Positions 18,883 through 28,282 of a stretch of DNA of 64,000 nt are shown here, in pieces. Both the position numbers and the translations under genes were made by a program. The stretch covers positions 3,584,001-3,648,000 of the forward strand of contig CAXXHB010000003.1 of NCBI GenBank assembly GCA_963664815.2, given 5' to 3'. The notes below the pieces were generated by a model, which saw only the letters and a list, made by a program, of their open reading frames with translations, was not told the DNA's origin and ran no database searches. This stretch comes from Spirochaetota bacterium (GTDB taxonomy: Bacteria > Spirochaetota > UBA4802 > UBA5550). The first letter of the stretch is position 1. Every line of letters begins with the position of its first letter.

Positions 18883-19593
18883 ATGAATATTTATATAAAC
18901 CAGACAATGAACACACGGGTAACAGATATCAGGCTTATACTTAAAGAGATAAAAGCCGGCCAGAAAAAGCCCGATGGTATTTTCGGATCATTTATGACAC
19001 GCCCGGTGAGCCATATCGCTGCCTACATCTCCATGATTATGCGGTTCTCCCCTAACGCTGTTACCGTCTTTTCATTCATTATGTGTGCTGCGGCATGTAT
19101 CATGCTTGTCTTTGACAGATCATACACATATGCATTAATAGCTGCAGCATTATGGTGGACAGGGGCAATTCTCGATGCCGCAGATGGAGATCTCGCGAGG
19201 TATCTCAATGCGGGAACCAAGTTCGGAGGGTGGCTTGACAGCTTACTCGACAGGTTCAAGGAATTTATCATCTTTTCGGTATTCGGTTATTTCGCATGGG
19301 TTGACTATTCAGATGTCAGTTACCTTTACCTTGGTGCACTCTCTGTTTTTTCCAATACTATGAGCGGGTATATTACAGATACAAAAAAACTTTTTATTGA
19401 CGGAAAGCGTGAACCGGCATTAAAGATAAACGGAAAGTATATGTTCAGCATGGTGGACACACGCGATTTCTTTGTTATACTTTCACTTGTCTTAGTGGAT
19501 ATGCGTATTGCATTATGGGCATATGGAACTTTCTTTATAGCCCTGCTTGGCGGGCAGATTATACTTTTTATTAAAAAATACTGGAAAAGCTGA
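18883..19593 (+). CDS. CDP-alcohol phosphatidyltransferase family protein
   Basis: PNAVT; DAADGDLARY...GGWLDSLLD signature. Confidence 0.88.
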   Translation: MNIYINQTMNTRVTDIRLILKEIKAGQKKPDGIFGSFMTRPVSHIAAYISMIMRFSPNAVTVFSFIMCAAACIMLVFDRSYTYALIAAALWWTGAILDAADGDLARYLNAGTKFGGWLDSLLDRFKEFIIFSVFGYFAWVDYSDVSYLYLGALSVFSNTMSGYITDTKKLFIDGKREPALKINGKYMFSMVDTRDFFVILSLVLVDMRIALWAYGTFFIALLGGQIILFIKKYWKS

Positions 19594-19656
19594 GAAAATT
19601 ATATACGTTATAAATATATTTCTCCAGATGTATCCCTCAGAGGGTAGATTACAGCT

Positions 19657-21129
19657 ATGCCGGTGATAAATGATAAATCAAGAGTCTTTCTTAATTCTGT
19701 TATAGTACTGGCAGCTGTTGTAATTGAGAACCTGATCTTCTTTATAATAAACATTATTATTGCCCGGTATCTTTCCATTGAACATTTCGGTGATTATTCC
19801 ACTGCTCTGGGTTACGCCACCTTCTTTTCAACAATAACAAATATTGGAATAAACCAGACCATCATCAGGGCAACCAACCTTCATCCCGAATCGGAGAGAG
19901 AAAACTTTTCATCGGCATTTTTTATTAAATGCATACTTGGATTTGCCGTCTATGCGGTAATGGCTGTAAGCCTCTGCTTCACAAATTACAGCTATGATCT
20001 TGTTGTACTGACCCTTATCATGGGACTCTTCAGAATAGGGAATGAATTCCTCTCATCCTTCTACAGCTTCTTTGACGCTAAGGAGACCTTTGTTGTTTCG
20101 TCAGTTTTCCGCATCGTATTTTCAGCCATGTTTCTGATTCTGACACTTGCAGTAGTTTACTTTCACGGCGGTTTGTTCGATTTCGCTTACCTGAGACTTT
20201 GGCTTGTAGCCGTATTTATTTTAGTGATGATAGTTTCATACCGGAAACTGATCTCTGCGGATATCTCCATTAAAACGATGATCTCGTTTTTTAAAGAATC
20301 GATCCCTTTCGGCATATTCAACATCCTCGGTAATATTTACCAGAGAATAAATATAATAATACTGTCCCTGCTGCACGGAAGCCAGTTTTCCGGTTTTTTC
20401 ACAAACGGCTTTATCTTTTTTACAACACTGTTTATTGTTCCGCAGAATATATCCAGAGTGCTGCTCCCCTACCTTTACAAAACGTCATTTGAAAACGATT
20501 CCCCGAAATTCAGATTTGCCTTTGATATATACAGCAAATACATGTCAATGGCGTCGTTTTACCTGACAACATGTGCGGTGTTATTCGCCGAACCGCTGAT
20601 ACATCTGATATTCGGGGGGAAATACCACAATTCCGTGATAGTCCTTCAGATAAGTGCGGCGGGGATACCCTTTATATTCACAATTGCCCCGACCCTTATT
20701 ACTGCACTGGACCGTCAGACAGCGCTTACAGGTATTTACATTTACGGATTTATCCTGAACATTGTTTCAAACTTTATACTGATATACTTTTTCCGCACGG
20801 AGGGTGCCGCAGCAGCATCAGTTGCCACATACGGTTATATCTTTGCCGCTTCAAACTATTACCTGATAAAAAAAAGGATTATCAGTTCTTCCGGAGTTGT
20901 GAAAGATTTTATGCGGCAGTTGTTTATTTCAGGTCTCTGTTATGTAATTTATTTATATACAATGACGGGCTTTAACTGGCTGGTTTCACTGGCACTGATA
21001 ACAGTTTTATATGGAGCTATAAACCTGTTCTTTGTTATTAATAAAAACGATATACGAATCATCAGAGAGATTCTGACATTTTCAAAAACATCATCCTCAC
21101 CACAACCGGATAAACATATTTCTCAGTAA
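19657..21129 (+). CDS. Wzx-type oligosaccharide flippase
   Basis: Polytopic membrane protein; IIARYLS.E.FG.Y, LIFGGKY, LNIVSN..LI...GAAAA. Confidence 0.88.
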   Translation: MPVINDKSRVFLNSVIVLAAVVIENLIFFIINIIIARYLSIEHFGDYSTALGYATFFSTITNIGINQTIIRATNLHPESERENFSSAFFIKCILGFAVYAVMAVSLCFTNYSYDLVVLTLIMGLFRIGNEFLSSFYSFFDAKETFVVSSVFRIVFSAMFLILTLAVVYFHGGLFDFAYLRLWLVAVFILVMIVSYRKLISADISIKTMISFFKESIPFGIFNILGNIYQRINIIILSLLHGSQFSGFFTNGFIFFTTLFIVPQNISRVLLPYLYKTSFENDSPKFRFAFDIYSKYMSMASFYLTTCAVLFAEPLIHLIFGGKYHNSVIVLQISAAGIPFIFTIAPTLITALDRQTALTGIYIYGFILNIVSNFILIYFFRTEGAAAASVATYGYIFAASNYYLIKKRIISSSGVVKDFMRQLFISGLCYVIYLYTMTGFNWLVSLALITVLYGAINLFFVINKNDIRIIREILTFSKTSSSPQPDKHISQ

Positions 21130-21236
21130 ATAAAACGCAACTGAAACGAGAACAGATAATTGCAGCAGGTAAATTTATACTTATAGAAACAAAGGTGTGG
21201 ACATTACTGTCCGCTCCTTTGTTCTTAATCAGATAA

Positions 21237-21968
21237 TTAAATGCTGAAAGAATATATTGCGGAGAATGTTGCACCCCAGAAATTGTGTTTAATCGAATCA
21301 TCTACTGCATAATCAGCTATCAGGTACTGGTATCTTCCGCCAAGACTCACAGTAACGGATGCAGCTTCAATATAATATGCCAGTTGAGCTGTTGTATTGA
21401 CACCATAATCTTTACAATCCTCTGAAGTAGTACCTGTAGATTCCTTGGTCTCTTCAGTCGTCCAGAGATAGACCCCTCCGACATTGGCGATAAAGTACAG
21501 GCTGTCAGCCACAGGCAGCGTAAAACTGACACCGGCTCCTGTACCGATGCCGCTATGATCAACGGAAGTAGCGTTGTTTTCAAAAGAGTAACTAGTGTAT
21601 TTTGCCCCCAAAAAAAGTTTCATGTAGCTCATAAGCCTGTAATTCAGGGCAAAGTCACCATCCATCCTTGTCATATCAAATTTAGTTATATCTTCATAAC
21701 CGGCATAATCATATATCTGTTTAAAATCGTATACTCCGTAAAGAAAGGCGCCTGTAATGTTGATCTCATCCGTACACTTCACAGAAAAAACCGGCCCATA
21801 GAGCAATGTTGGATCAGCCTCAAATTTGACATTCTCTACATTAGAGCTCATATCCCACCATGAATACCATGTTGCCGCTCCCACGGATATGTCCAGAGCG
21901 GATACCGCAGAAGGGATTATTATAATGAATGCAAAAACTGTTAATACTGATAATAAAATCTTTTTCAT
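21237..21968 (-). CDS. outer-membrane beta-barrel protein
   Basis: Signal peptide, alternating amphipathic strands, C-terminal WGATFSAIYSFSI. Confidence 0.7.
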   Translation of the reverse strand: MKKILLSVLTVFAFIIIIPSAVSALDISVGAATWYSWWDMSSNVENVKFEADPTLLYGPVFSVKCTDEINITGAFLYGVYDFKQIYDYAGYEDITKFDMTRMDGDFALNYRLMSYMKLFLGAKYTSYSFENNATSVDHSGIGTGAGVSFTLPVADSLYFIANVGGVYLWTTEETKESTGTTSEDCKDYGVNTTAQLAYYIEAASVTVSLGGRYQYLIADYAVDDSIKHNFWGATFSAIYSFSI

Positions 21969-22466
21969 AAATTCCGAACTTCCCCTTTTTTTAAAATTTT
22001 GACATATAAAGAGTTGATATAACTGCTTTATCGCTTATTTAATTACATTTTTCTGCTAATGCTTATTTCTATTGCATACCAAATCTGAACTAATAAAACA
22101 CCATCTTACCTTTACAAACCGGCTGCATGTAAGAATTTTAATTTACATGAACTTTTTTCATCAACAACTATTTTACCAAAATAATTGTTGTAATTAAGTG
22201 ACATGCAATAATTTATTCTATCAGTTAAATGATTTTTAAATTTCATTCATGATATATTAAAAATCAATCTATTTTGCATTTGAAGATATGAAATTTATAA
22301 ATTAATTACTGTAATTGTTTATTATGCAGCATTACACGAAATGGTTATCACTATGTCATTCCGGTTGTAGAAAGAAGAAACATATGGAATACAGGGCAGA
22401 TGTGCCATTGCTCAGTAGATATAACAGCCAGAGTATTAAAGTATTATCAATGATAATTATCCATAA

Positions 22467-22495
22467 AAAAAGGGGATATTAAATATCCCCTTTTT
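22467..22495 (-). terminator. rho-independent terminator
   Basis: AAAAAGGGGATAT-taa-ATATCCCCTTTTT downstream of the lipoprotein gene. Confidence 0.8.
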
Positions 22496-22514
22496 AAAAA
22501 TAAACAAAAAATGA

Positions 22515-22820
22515 TTAAATACCAAGTTTGCCTTTAAGTTTATCGGCTTTCTTTGCTCCTGCATCTTTTGCTGCTTTTGTTGCCGCATCTTTAGCTGCAT
22601 CTTTTGCCGCATCTTTTGCTCCAGCTGCTGCTTTTGTTGCTGCATCTTTTGCTGCATCTTTTACATCTGCTGTTTTATCAGCAGCTGCTCCTGCAGTGTC
22701 AGCTTTTGGTTGTTCAATTACCGGGGCAGGTGCGTCCGCTTTTTTGCAGCCGGTAAATGTAAAACTGAATGCGCATGCCAATACCAGAGAAAACAATACG
22801 ATTAGAATATTGCTCTTCAT
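22515..22820 (-). CDS. Ala/Lys/Asp-rich low-complexity lipoprotein
   Basis: RBS AAGGAG, lipobox FTFTG-C, KDAA repeats. Confidence 0.85.
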   Translation of the reverse strand: MKSNILIVLFSLVLACAFSFTFTGCKKADAPAPVIEQPKADTAGAAADKTADVKDAAKDAATKAAAGAKDAAKDAAKDAATKAAKDAGAKKADKLKGKLGI

Positions 22821-23140
22821 ATTACTTGTAACTCCTTAAATAAATTTTTTTTTAAACTATTTTATTTATACATACTTTTTTAAATAAAATCAAAATATTA
22901 TTTAAAAAAAACTCTAATCAGTCAATTTTTTTTTTAGTTTTGCGATAAATTATATTGATATAACGCTCTGATTTTATCCAATATTACCATTTCCGCAGAG
23001 AGATAAACACTATTTTACAGATAAACAAAATAAATTTTTCATAATTCTCACAAAATAATACTCAGAAAATTTATCCCGCTCAGGCATAAATCGTGTTCAT
23101 TCTATGGAGAAGCTGCAGAAAGCAATATAAACAGTAAATC

Positions 23141-24361
23141 TTAAAACGCAGCAACGGCATAGAACATAAATTCATGATTACCTTTTTTTTCCGTTCCATC
23201 AGAGCTGTTTACTCTGCGTGCATCTATACCATAAGCATAATCAAAATATAGAGGAAGTACACCACCCGCTTTCAGACTCAGTTCAACTGAAACACTGCGG
23301 TAGATTGTGCGGGGATAATTATCCGCTCCCCTGACACCATTCTTCTCCGGCATATACAGAATGTTAAACCCGGGCTGGATTCGCGCTGCATAAAAAAACA
23401 GCGGTAATCCTGTCTGTATGCGTGTTATGATATATCTGTTGTGATAGAATTCTCCCCAGTAATAGCCCGGCATAACACCGTTATCGGAAATATAACTCCC
23501 GATCTGATCCGAATTGTTCCGGTCAGTGTTCCTGTGACAGGCTGCTGAAAGATCAAGCATCAGGTTTACATTATTTTCGAAGTTGTAATAACACCCGGCA
23601 TTAAAATAATTCTTCAGCGTTCTGCTTATTGAAGAATCCTCCGCTTCATTTGTGTCATAAAATGTTCCATATCCGTGACGATAACTGTATTTCGAGATCC
23701 CCTGGAGAATAAATCCATTTTTTATTCTGTCCATATCCTTTTTTTCAACATTGCTGATTGTTATATCAAAAACCCCTGTATGCTCCATATGGTTTCCTGG
23801 AAGAACAATCTCTGTATCATCCTGCCGTGTAAATAAAAAGTCGCTCCTCTTTTTCCTCCAGTACCAGTAGTACCCGGGATAATAGCTTACACCCGCCTTA
23901 AAATATTTAACAGGCATATATTCATAGAATATTTCAACCCCGGCATTACTGCTGTTTAAGCAACGTCTGTCATCATTAACTCCGTTTGTGTATGAGTGAT
24001 AGGCCCCATATACGAGGTAATTAAAAAACGGTTTTATACCGGTAAAATACTTTTCATTCTTCTCCCCGAAAATTAAATATGCACTTGTTGTCTTTACAGT
24101 GAAAAACAGGTAAAGATCGTTCTGCAGATCTTTATTTATGTAATAATAGGCAAAAACCGGTGACAGGGTATTTACATCAGCGTTACTCAAAGGTTTGTTT
24201 ATTCCGAGAACAAATATATTCCTGTAGTCACTTTTATCCTCAGCACTAACCGATACTTTGCATAAAATGATACACAGCAGAAATGTAATTAGACATAAAA
24301 ACCGTTTAATGAATAATACATAAAATCCGGGGTTTTCAGTTACAATCTTCATCTTCAGCAC
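23141..24361 (-). CDS. hypothetical outer-membrane protein
   Basis: Signal peptide, aromatic-rich strands, C-terminal FYAVAAF. Confidence 0.65.
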   Translation of the reverse strand: MLKMKIVTENPGFYVLFIKRFLCLITFLLCIILCKVSVSAEDKSDYRNIFVLGINKPLSNADVNTLSPVFAYYYINKDLQNDLYLFFTVKTTSAYLIFGEKNEKYFTGIKPFFNYLVYGAYHSYTNGVNDDRRCLNSSNAGVEIFYEYMPVKYFKAGVSYYPGYYWYWRKKRSDFLFTRQDDTEIVLPGNHMEHTGVFDITISNVEKKDMDRIKNGFILQGISKYSYRHGYGTFYDTNEAEDSSISRTLKNYFNAGCYYNFENNVNLMLDLSAACHRNTDRNNSDQIGSYISDNGVMPGYYWGEFYHNRYIITRIQTGLPLFFYAARIQPGFNILYMPEKNGVRGADNYPRTIYRSVSVELSLKAGGVLPLYFDYAYGIDARRVNSSDGTEKKGNHEFMFYAVAAF

Positions 24362-24523
24362 TCTCTAAACCATCACAGGTCAAGTATGCAATCTACCCTT
24401 TTAACTTATGGCAGATCAGAACGATATAGAATTTATGCAGGTACAAAAACTGATCGATATAAATGGTTGGCCCTCCCGTCAGGAAACAATATAATTACCT
24501 GATGAATGCGGAAACCGGCTGAT

Positions 24524-24850
24524 TCACTTTTTCAGCCTTGTATAAAAACCATACATGCCGGGCATTTCACACATGAGAGTATCAGAATCAATTATTTTAA
24601 AAATCAAAATTCCGGTAACAGGATGTTTTATACAGACCAGCCTGCCTTTAACACTAAACTCCATGCATCCCTGTTTTATCCCCAGGAATGAATCGGTAAA
24701 CCTTGCGTTACCATCTTTAAATTCAACTGATGCAACGCGGTTTTTTTCTTTCGGAATAAAAGTCCCCGACAGCTCGGCTTTTCCGCATGAAAAAAATATC
24801 ATTGTTAATGTAAAGGGTACAACAGTGATAATTTTTTTTAATAATCTCAT
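24524..24850 (-). CDS. small hypothetical lipoprotein
   Basis: RBS CAGGAG; lipobox IFFS-C. Confidence 0.65.
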   Translation of the reverse strand: MRLLKKIITVVPFTLTMIFFSCGKAELSGTFIPKEKNRVASVEFKDGNARFTDSFLGIKQGCMEFSVKGRLVCIKHPVTGILIFKIIDSDTLMCEMPGMYGFYTRLKK

Positions 24851-24933
24851 AAATAATTCTCCTGCATAAGGCTTTATTATTAATGAGAGGACTTTATGTC
24901 AAATATCTTTCTTCAGTAAAACTGCATGTCCCT

Positions 24934-25758
24934 TTATTTATTTTTAACCAGCCGTATACCGATAAATCCAAATTCAAAATGCGGGGGATAGGAATCGGAT
25001 TTATCAATTCTCATATCCTCCGGATCAAGGCTGTAATGGCCATCACGCACTACCCGGTTCAACCCTTTGAATGACGGGTGCCATTCAAAGCACCACTCCC
25101 GCACATTCCCTACCATATCAAAAAGGCCATAGGCATTCGGTTTTTTACTCCCTACCGGATGAGTCCTTTCACCCGAATTATCCTTGTACCAGCAATAATC
25201 GCCACTAATTTTATCTCCCCAGAAATATTTTCCGCTGCTGCCGGAACGCGCAGCATACTCCCACTCGGCAGATGTTGGAAGCCTGAAACCGTCAGCATTA
25301 TTATTTTCAGTAACTGTCCATCTTATTCCGTTATTTTTATTTTCAGGATCATTTTTCTTTTTATTTATATTGTAATAGGAATTAAAACCGCCTCTTGCGC
25401 TAAGTCTGTTGCAGAATTCAACGGCGTTAAACCAGCTCACCTGCTCAACCGGGAGCGACTCCCCTTTAAAGTAACTTGGATTATTCCCCATCACCGACTG
25501 ATAAATAAACTGTGTTACTTCACACCTGCTTATCCAGAATTTATAAAGATTACCGGCAGGAACCAGTACCATATCTATCCCGGTAAAATTTGCAGCAGTT
25601 GCCATCACATCTCCTTTCCCGGGTGGAATTTTTTCCGTTTCTGAATTTTCCGCATGAAGGGAACATGGCATTATGCATAATGCCAATAATACAGACATTA
25701 TTATGATACAGTTGAATGTTCTGTATTTATTAATTATTTTTCCATGTTGCATATTCAT
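24934..25758 (-). CDS. FGE-sulfatase (SUMF1/CLec-fold) domain protein
   Basis: EVTQ, PVEQVSWFNAVEFCN, FRLPTSAEWEYAAR, PNAYGLFDMVGNVREWC. Confidence 0.9.
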   Translation of the reverse strand: MNMQHGKIINKYRTFNCIIIMSVLLALCIMPCSLHAENSETEKIPPGKGDVMATAANFTGIDMVLVPAGNLYKFWISRCEVTQFIYQSVMGNNPSYFKGESLPVEQVSWFNAVEFCNRLSARGGFNSYYNINKKKNDPENKNNGIRWTVTENNNADGFRLPTSAEWEYAARSGSSGKYFWGDKISGDYCWYKDNSGERTHPVGSKKPNAYGLFDMVGNVREWCFEWHPSFKGLNRVVRDGHYSLDPEDMRIDKSDSYPPHFEFGFIGIRLVKNK

Positions 25759-25812
25759 AAAACTCCATATTTTGCCAGCTTAATAATTAAACAACTATCT
25801 GTACAGGAATTG

Positions 25813-27411
25813 TTACTCTTTTAAATTCTTATATTTCTGCTCCCCGGGAATATATTTGTTTATATCAATATTGTATTTTTCGAAAAGCTGATTTTTTGAA
25901 ACTTCAAATTCAATAAGCGATGCATTGTATGCAACAAGAAGCTGCAGTTCCATCTCCCTTGTTTTGACAACACCATCAAGAGCATCCCTGACTGACGAAG
26001 CGGCAAATCTTCCGCGTTTCATATTTGTAAGCATGCTTGTGTAATAAAGTTCCGCCTGTTTTCTTGCCTCTTTTGCCTCTCCATAAAGCTTGTAGCCTGC
26101 ATTTACGTTTTCTATTTTTGTAATTACGTCATCCTTCACATATCTGCGGGTCATTTCAAGTTTCTGCTTAGACTGCTCCACTATCCATGCAGAGTTCCTT
26201 TCATCTGCTTTCTGGTTTGTATCGTTAAGAGGATATGTCATGCTTATTTTTGCTTCGTATGAAGGGTATTTCATGGACGATACATTTGAATACGCATCAT
26301 TTTTTGAATCAATATTGTAATCCATAGAAGAAACTGAAACAGACCCCTTAAGCGAGGGTAGAGCGCTGTTCTCATTCATCTGGAGCGTTAGTCTGGCATT
26401 TTCAAGCGCTCTTACTGCATTGAGATAATCCACTCGCTTTTCAAACGCTGTTTTTATCGCGGCATCAGAGTTTATAACAGGAAGTTTGCCGGATAAAACG
26501 ACCTTCTCCTGGAGCGTAATTGTCTTATCTTCGTTTATATCCCTGTAGAATTTTCTGAGGGCTTTCCGGTAATTCTGTTCCGCCTGAGTCACAGATGCGT
26601 TGGCCGACGCCACAAGAGAATTCCAGTAGTTCATTTCAAACTTTTCGCTTAACCCGATATTAACCTTTTCTGCTACTATTCTTCTTACTTTTTTTGTTTC
26701 CGCCAGCATCATCCTTGAATTATCCAGGTGGTTCTGCTCCACAACAACAGTCCAGTAATCGATCATTACCATAAATGCAATCATTGACATGCTGTATACA
26801 TACGCGTCCTTTTTTGCCTCCGAAACATTTTTAAGCATTTTCTCCATTTTCCTGTCGTTGTAACCAAAGGCATTTTTAAGAAATTCCTGCTCAATTGAAG
26901 CAAAGACAACAGGATTTTCAGCATCAACCACGGAACCCTTTCCTGTATCAATTTTATAAGAGGTATGCCCCATACCGGCAGCAACAGTTGTTCCGCTTGA
27001 AAAAGCCTTGGCCAGAGATACCGATGCTTTGACAGAGTCAGATTTTTTAAAATAATTATCTGTATATAAATACAGGTTTTCAGGATATGATTCTGATGAT
27101 ACCCCCCCCTGAATATTAAAAATGGCGGAATACTTCGCATTGAACCTCATGCTGTCGGTATCAGCCATGGCCGCATCATATTTTGAGACATAGATATCGG
27201 GATTGATCTCTATGGCTCTTACAATAGCTTCCGATAATGTTATCTTTTTCCCGTCAAAAATCACAGCTGCTTCATCAGAGATTTCAACGCCTATGCGTTT
27301 CTCGGAGATTACTTCATCTCCCTTTTCAGCATTCTCCTGCGCGACAACCGAAGTTCCCGTTAATATAAGCATAAACGCCGCAAACAGCATAAAATTTTTC
27401 CGCATAATCAA
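25813..27411 (-). CDS. TolC family outer-membrane channel
   Basis: Signal peptide, ITLSEAIVRAIEINP, duplicated OEP helical repeats; in an RND operon. Confidence 0.85.
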   Translation of the reverse strand: MIMRKNFMLFAAFMLILTGTSVVAQENAEKGDEVISEKRIGVEISDEAAVIFDGKKITLSEAIVRAIEINPDIYVSKYDAAMADTDSMRFNAKYSAIFNIQGGVSSESYPENLYLYTDNYFKKSDSVKASVSLAKAFSSGTTVAAGMGHTSYKIDTGKGSVVDAENPVVFASIEQEFLKNAFGYNDRKMEKMLKNVSEAKKDAYVYSMSMIAFMVMIDYWTVVVEQNHLDNSRMMLAETKKVRRIVAEKVNIGLSEKFEMNYWNSLVASANASVTQAEQNYRKALRKFYRDINEDKTITLQEKVVLSGKLPVINSDAAIKTAFEKRVDYLNAVRALENARLTLQMNENSALPSLKGSVSVSSMDYNIDSKNDAYSNVSSMKYPSYEAKISMTYPLNDTNQKADERNSAWIVEQSKQKLEMTRRYVKDDVITKIENVNAGYKLYGEAKEARKQAELYYTSMLTNMKRGRFAASSVRDALDGVVKTREMELQLLVAYNASLIEFEVSKNQLFEKYNIDINKYIPGEQKYKNLKE

Positions 27412-27415
27412 CTCC

Positions 27416-28150
27416 TTAAAAATTTTTGTTTATATTATTTCTTAAATCAATGAGTATTGAATCGAGTTCATTCTTTTTCTCCTGATCCAGAACCGGTATC
27501 TTTAATTTTTTTCCGGCCGGTCTCAGGGCCTTAAACACAAACTCAATCATAAAATTATAAAGTTTTTCATGTTTATCTTTATATATTGTTATATACAGTT
27601 CGGTATCCCTGAAGAACTCCTCACCCTGAGCGACATCTTTTATAAATGTTATAATATTCATTGTAAGCATGGCGGTGTTTGAAATTTCAAAAAGCCCATT
27701 CTCAACCCCATCCATGATTATATCATCAAATAAAAAGAGCTGCGGCGCCATGTATTCTCTCACCATCTCATATATAATTCCGTTCCCCTCTGCAAATCCA
27801 AACGCCACAATCCGCTGAAACTCATCATCCCGTATATAGATCTCCGAATTGACCATTACATAAATAACAGAGCAAAGTCTGATATCGGGCCCGGCATTCC
27901 ATGAATTTATCAGATCCAGAATTCTCTTCTCATATATTCCGAAAACCGCATCCAGAAGCCTGCGGAATATTGTAATATAAATTTTCTCTTTGCTGGTGAA
28001 GTGATAATGAAGCAGCGCCTGGTTGACACCCGCTATTGAGGCGATAGAACTCATGCGCGCACCGCTGAAGCCCTTCGCTGCAAATTCCTTTTTTGCAGCA
28101 TATAGAATCTTTCTTTTGGTATCTTCACTATCCAGTGAATGCTCTTTCAT
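27416..28150 (-). CDS. TetR/AcrR family regulator
   Basis: ILYAAKKEFAAKGFSGARMSSIASIAGVNQALLHYHFTSK. Confidence 0.92.
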   Translation of the reverse strand: MKEHSLDSEDTKRKILYAAKKEFAAKGFSGARMSSIASIAGVNQALLHYHFTSKEKIYITIFRRLLDAVFGIYEKRILDLINSWNAGPDIRLCSVIYVMVNSEIYIRDDEFQRIVAFGFAEGNGIIYEMVREYMAPQLFLFDDIIMDGVENGLFEISNTAMLTMNIITFIKDVAQGEEFFRDTELYITIYKDKHEKLYNFMIEFVFKALRPAGKKLKIPVLDQEKKNELDSILIDLRNNINKNF

Positions 28151-28282
28151 CCGCAACCTTCATTCCAAAATCCATTTTCAGCAAAATCCAACACAATAGA
28201 CATCTTCATATCACCAGCTCCGTCCTGCTTAAGAATAAAAGCACAGATTGCAGGAACATCAGCCAGAAACTGCCCGAAAAAA

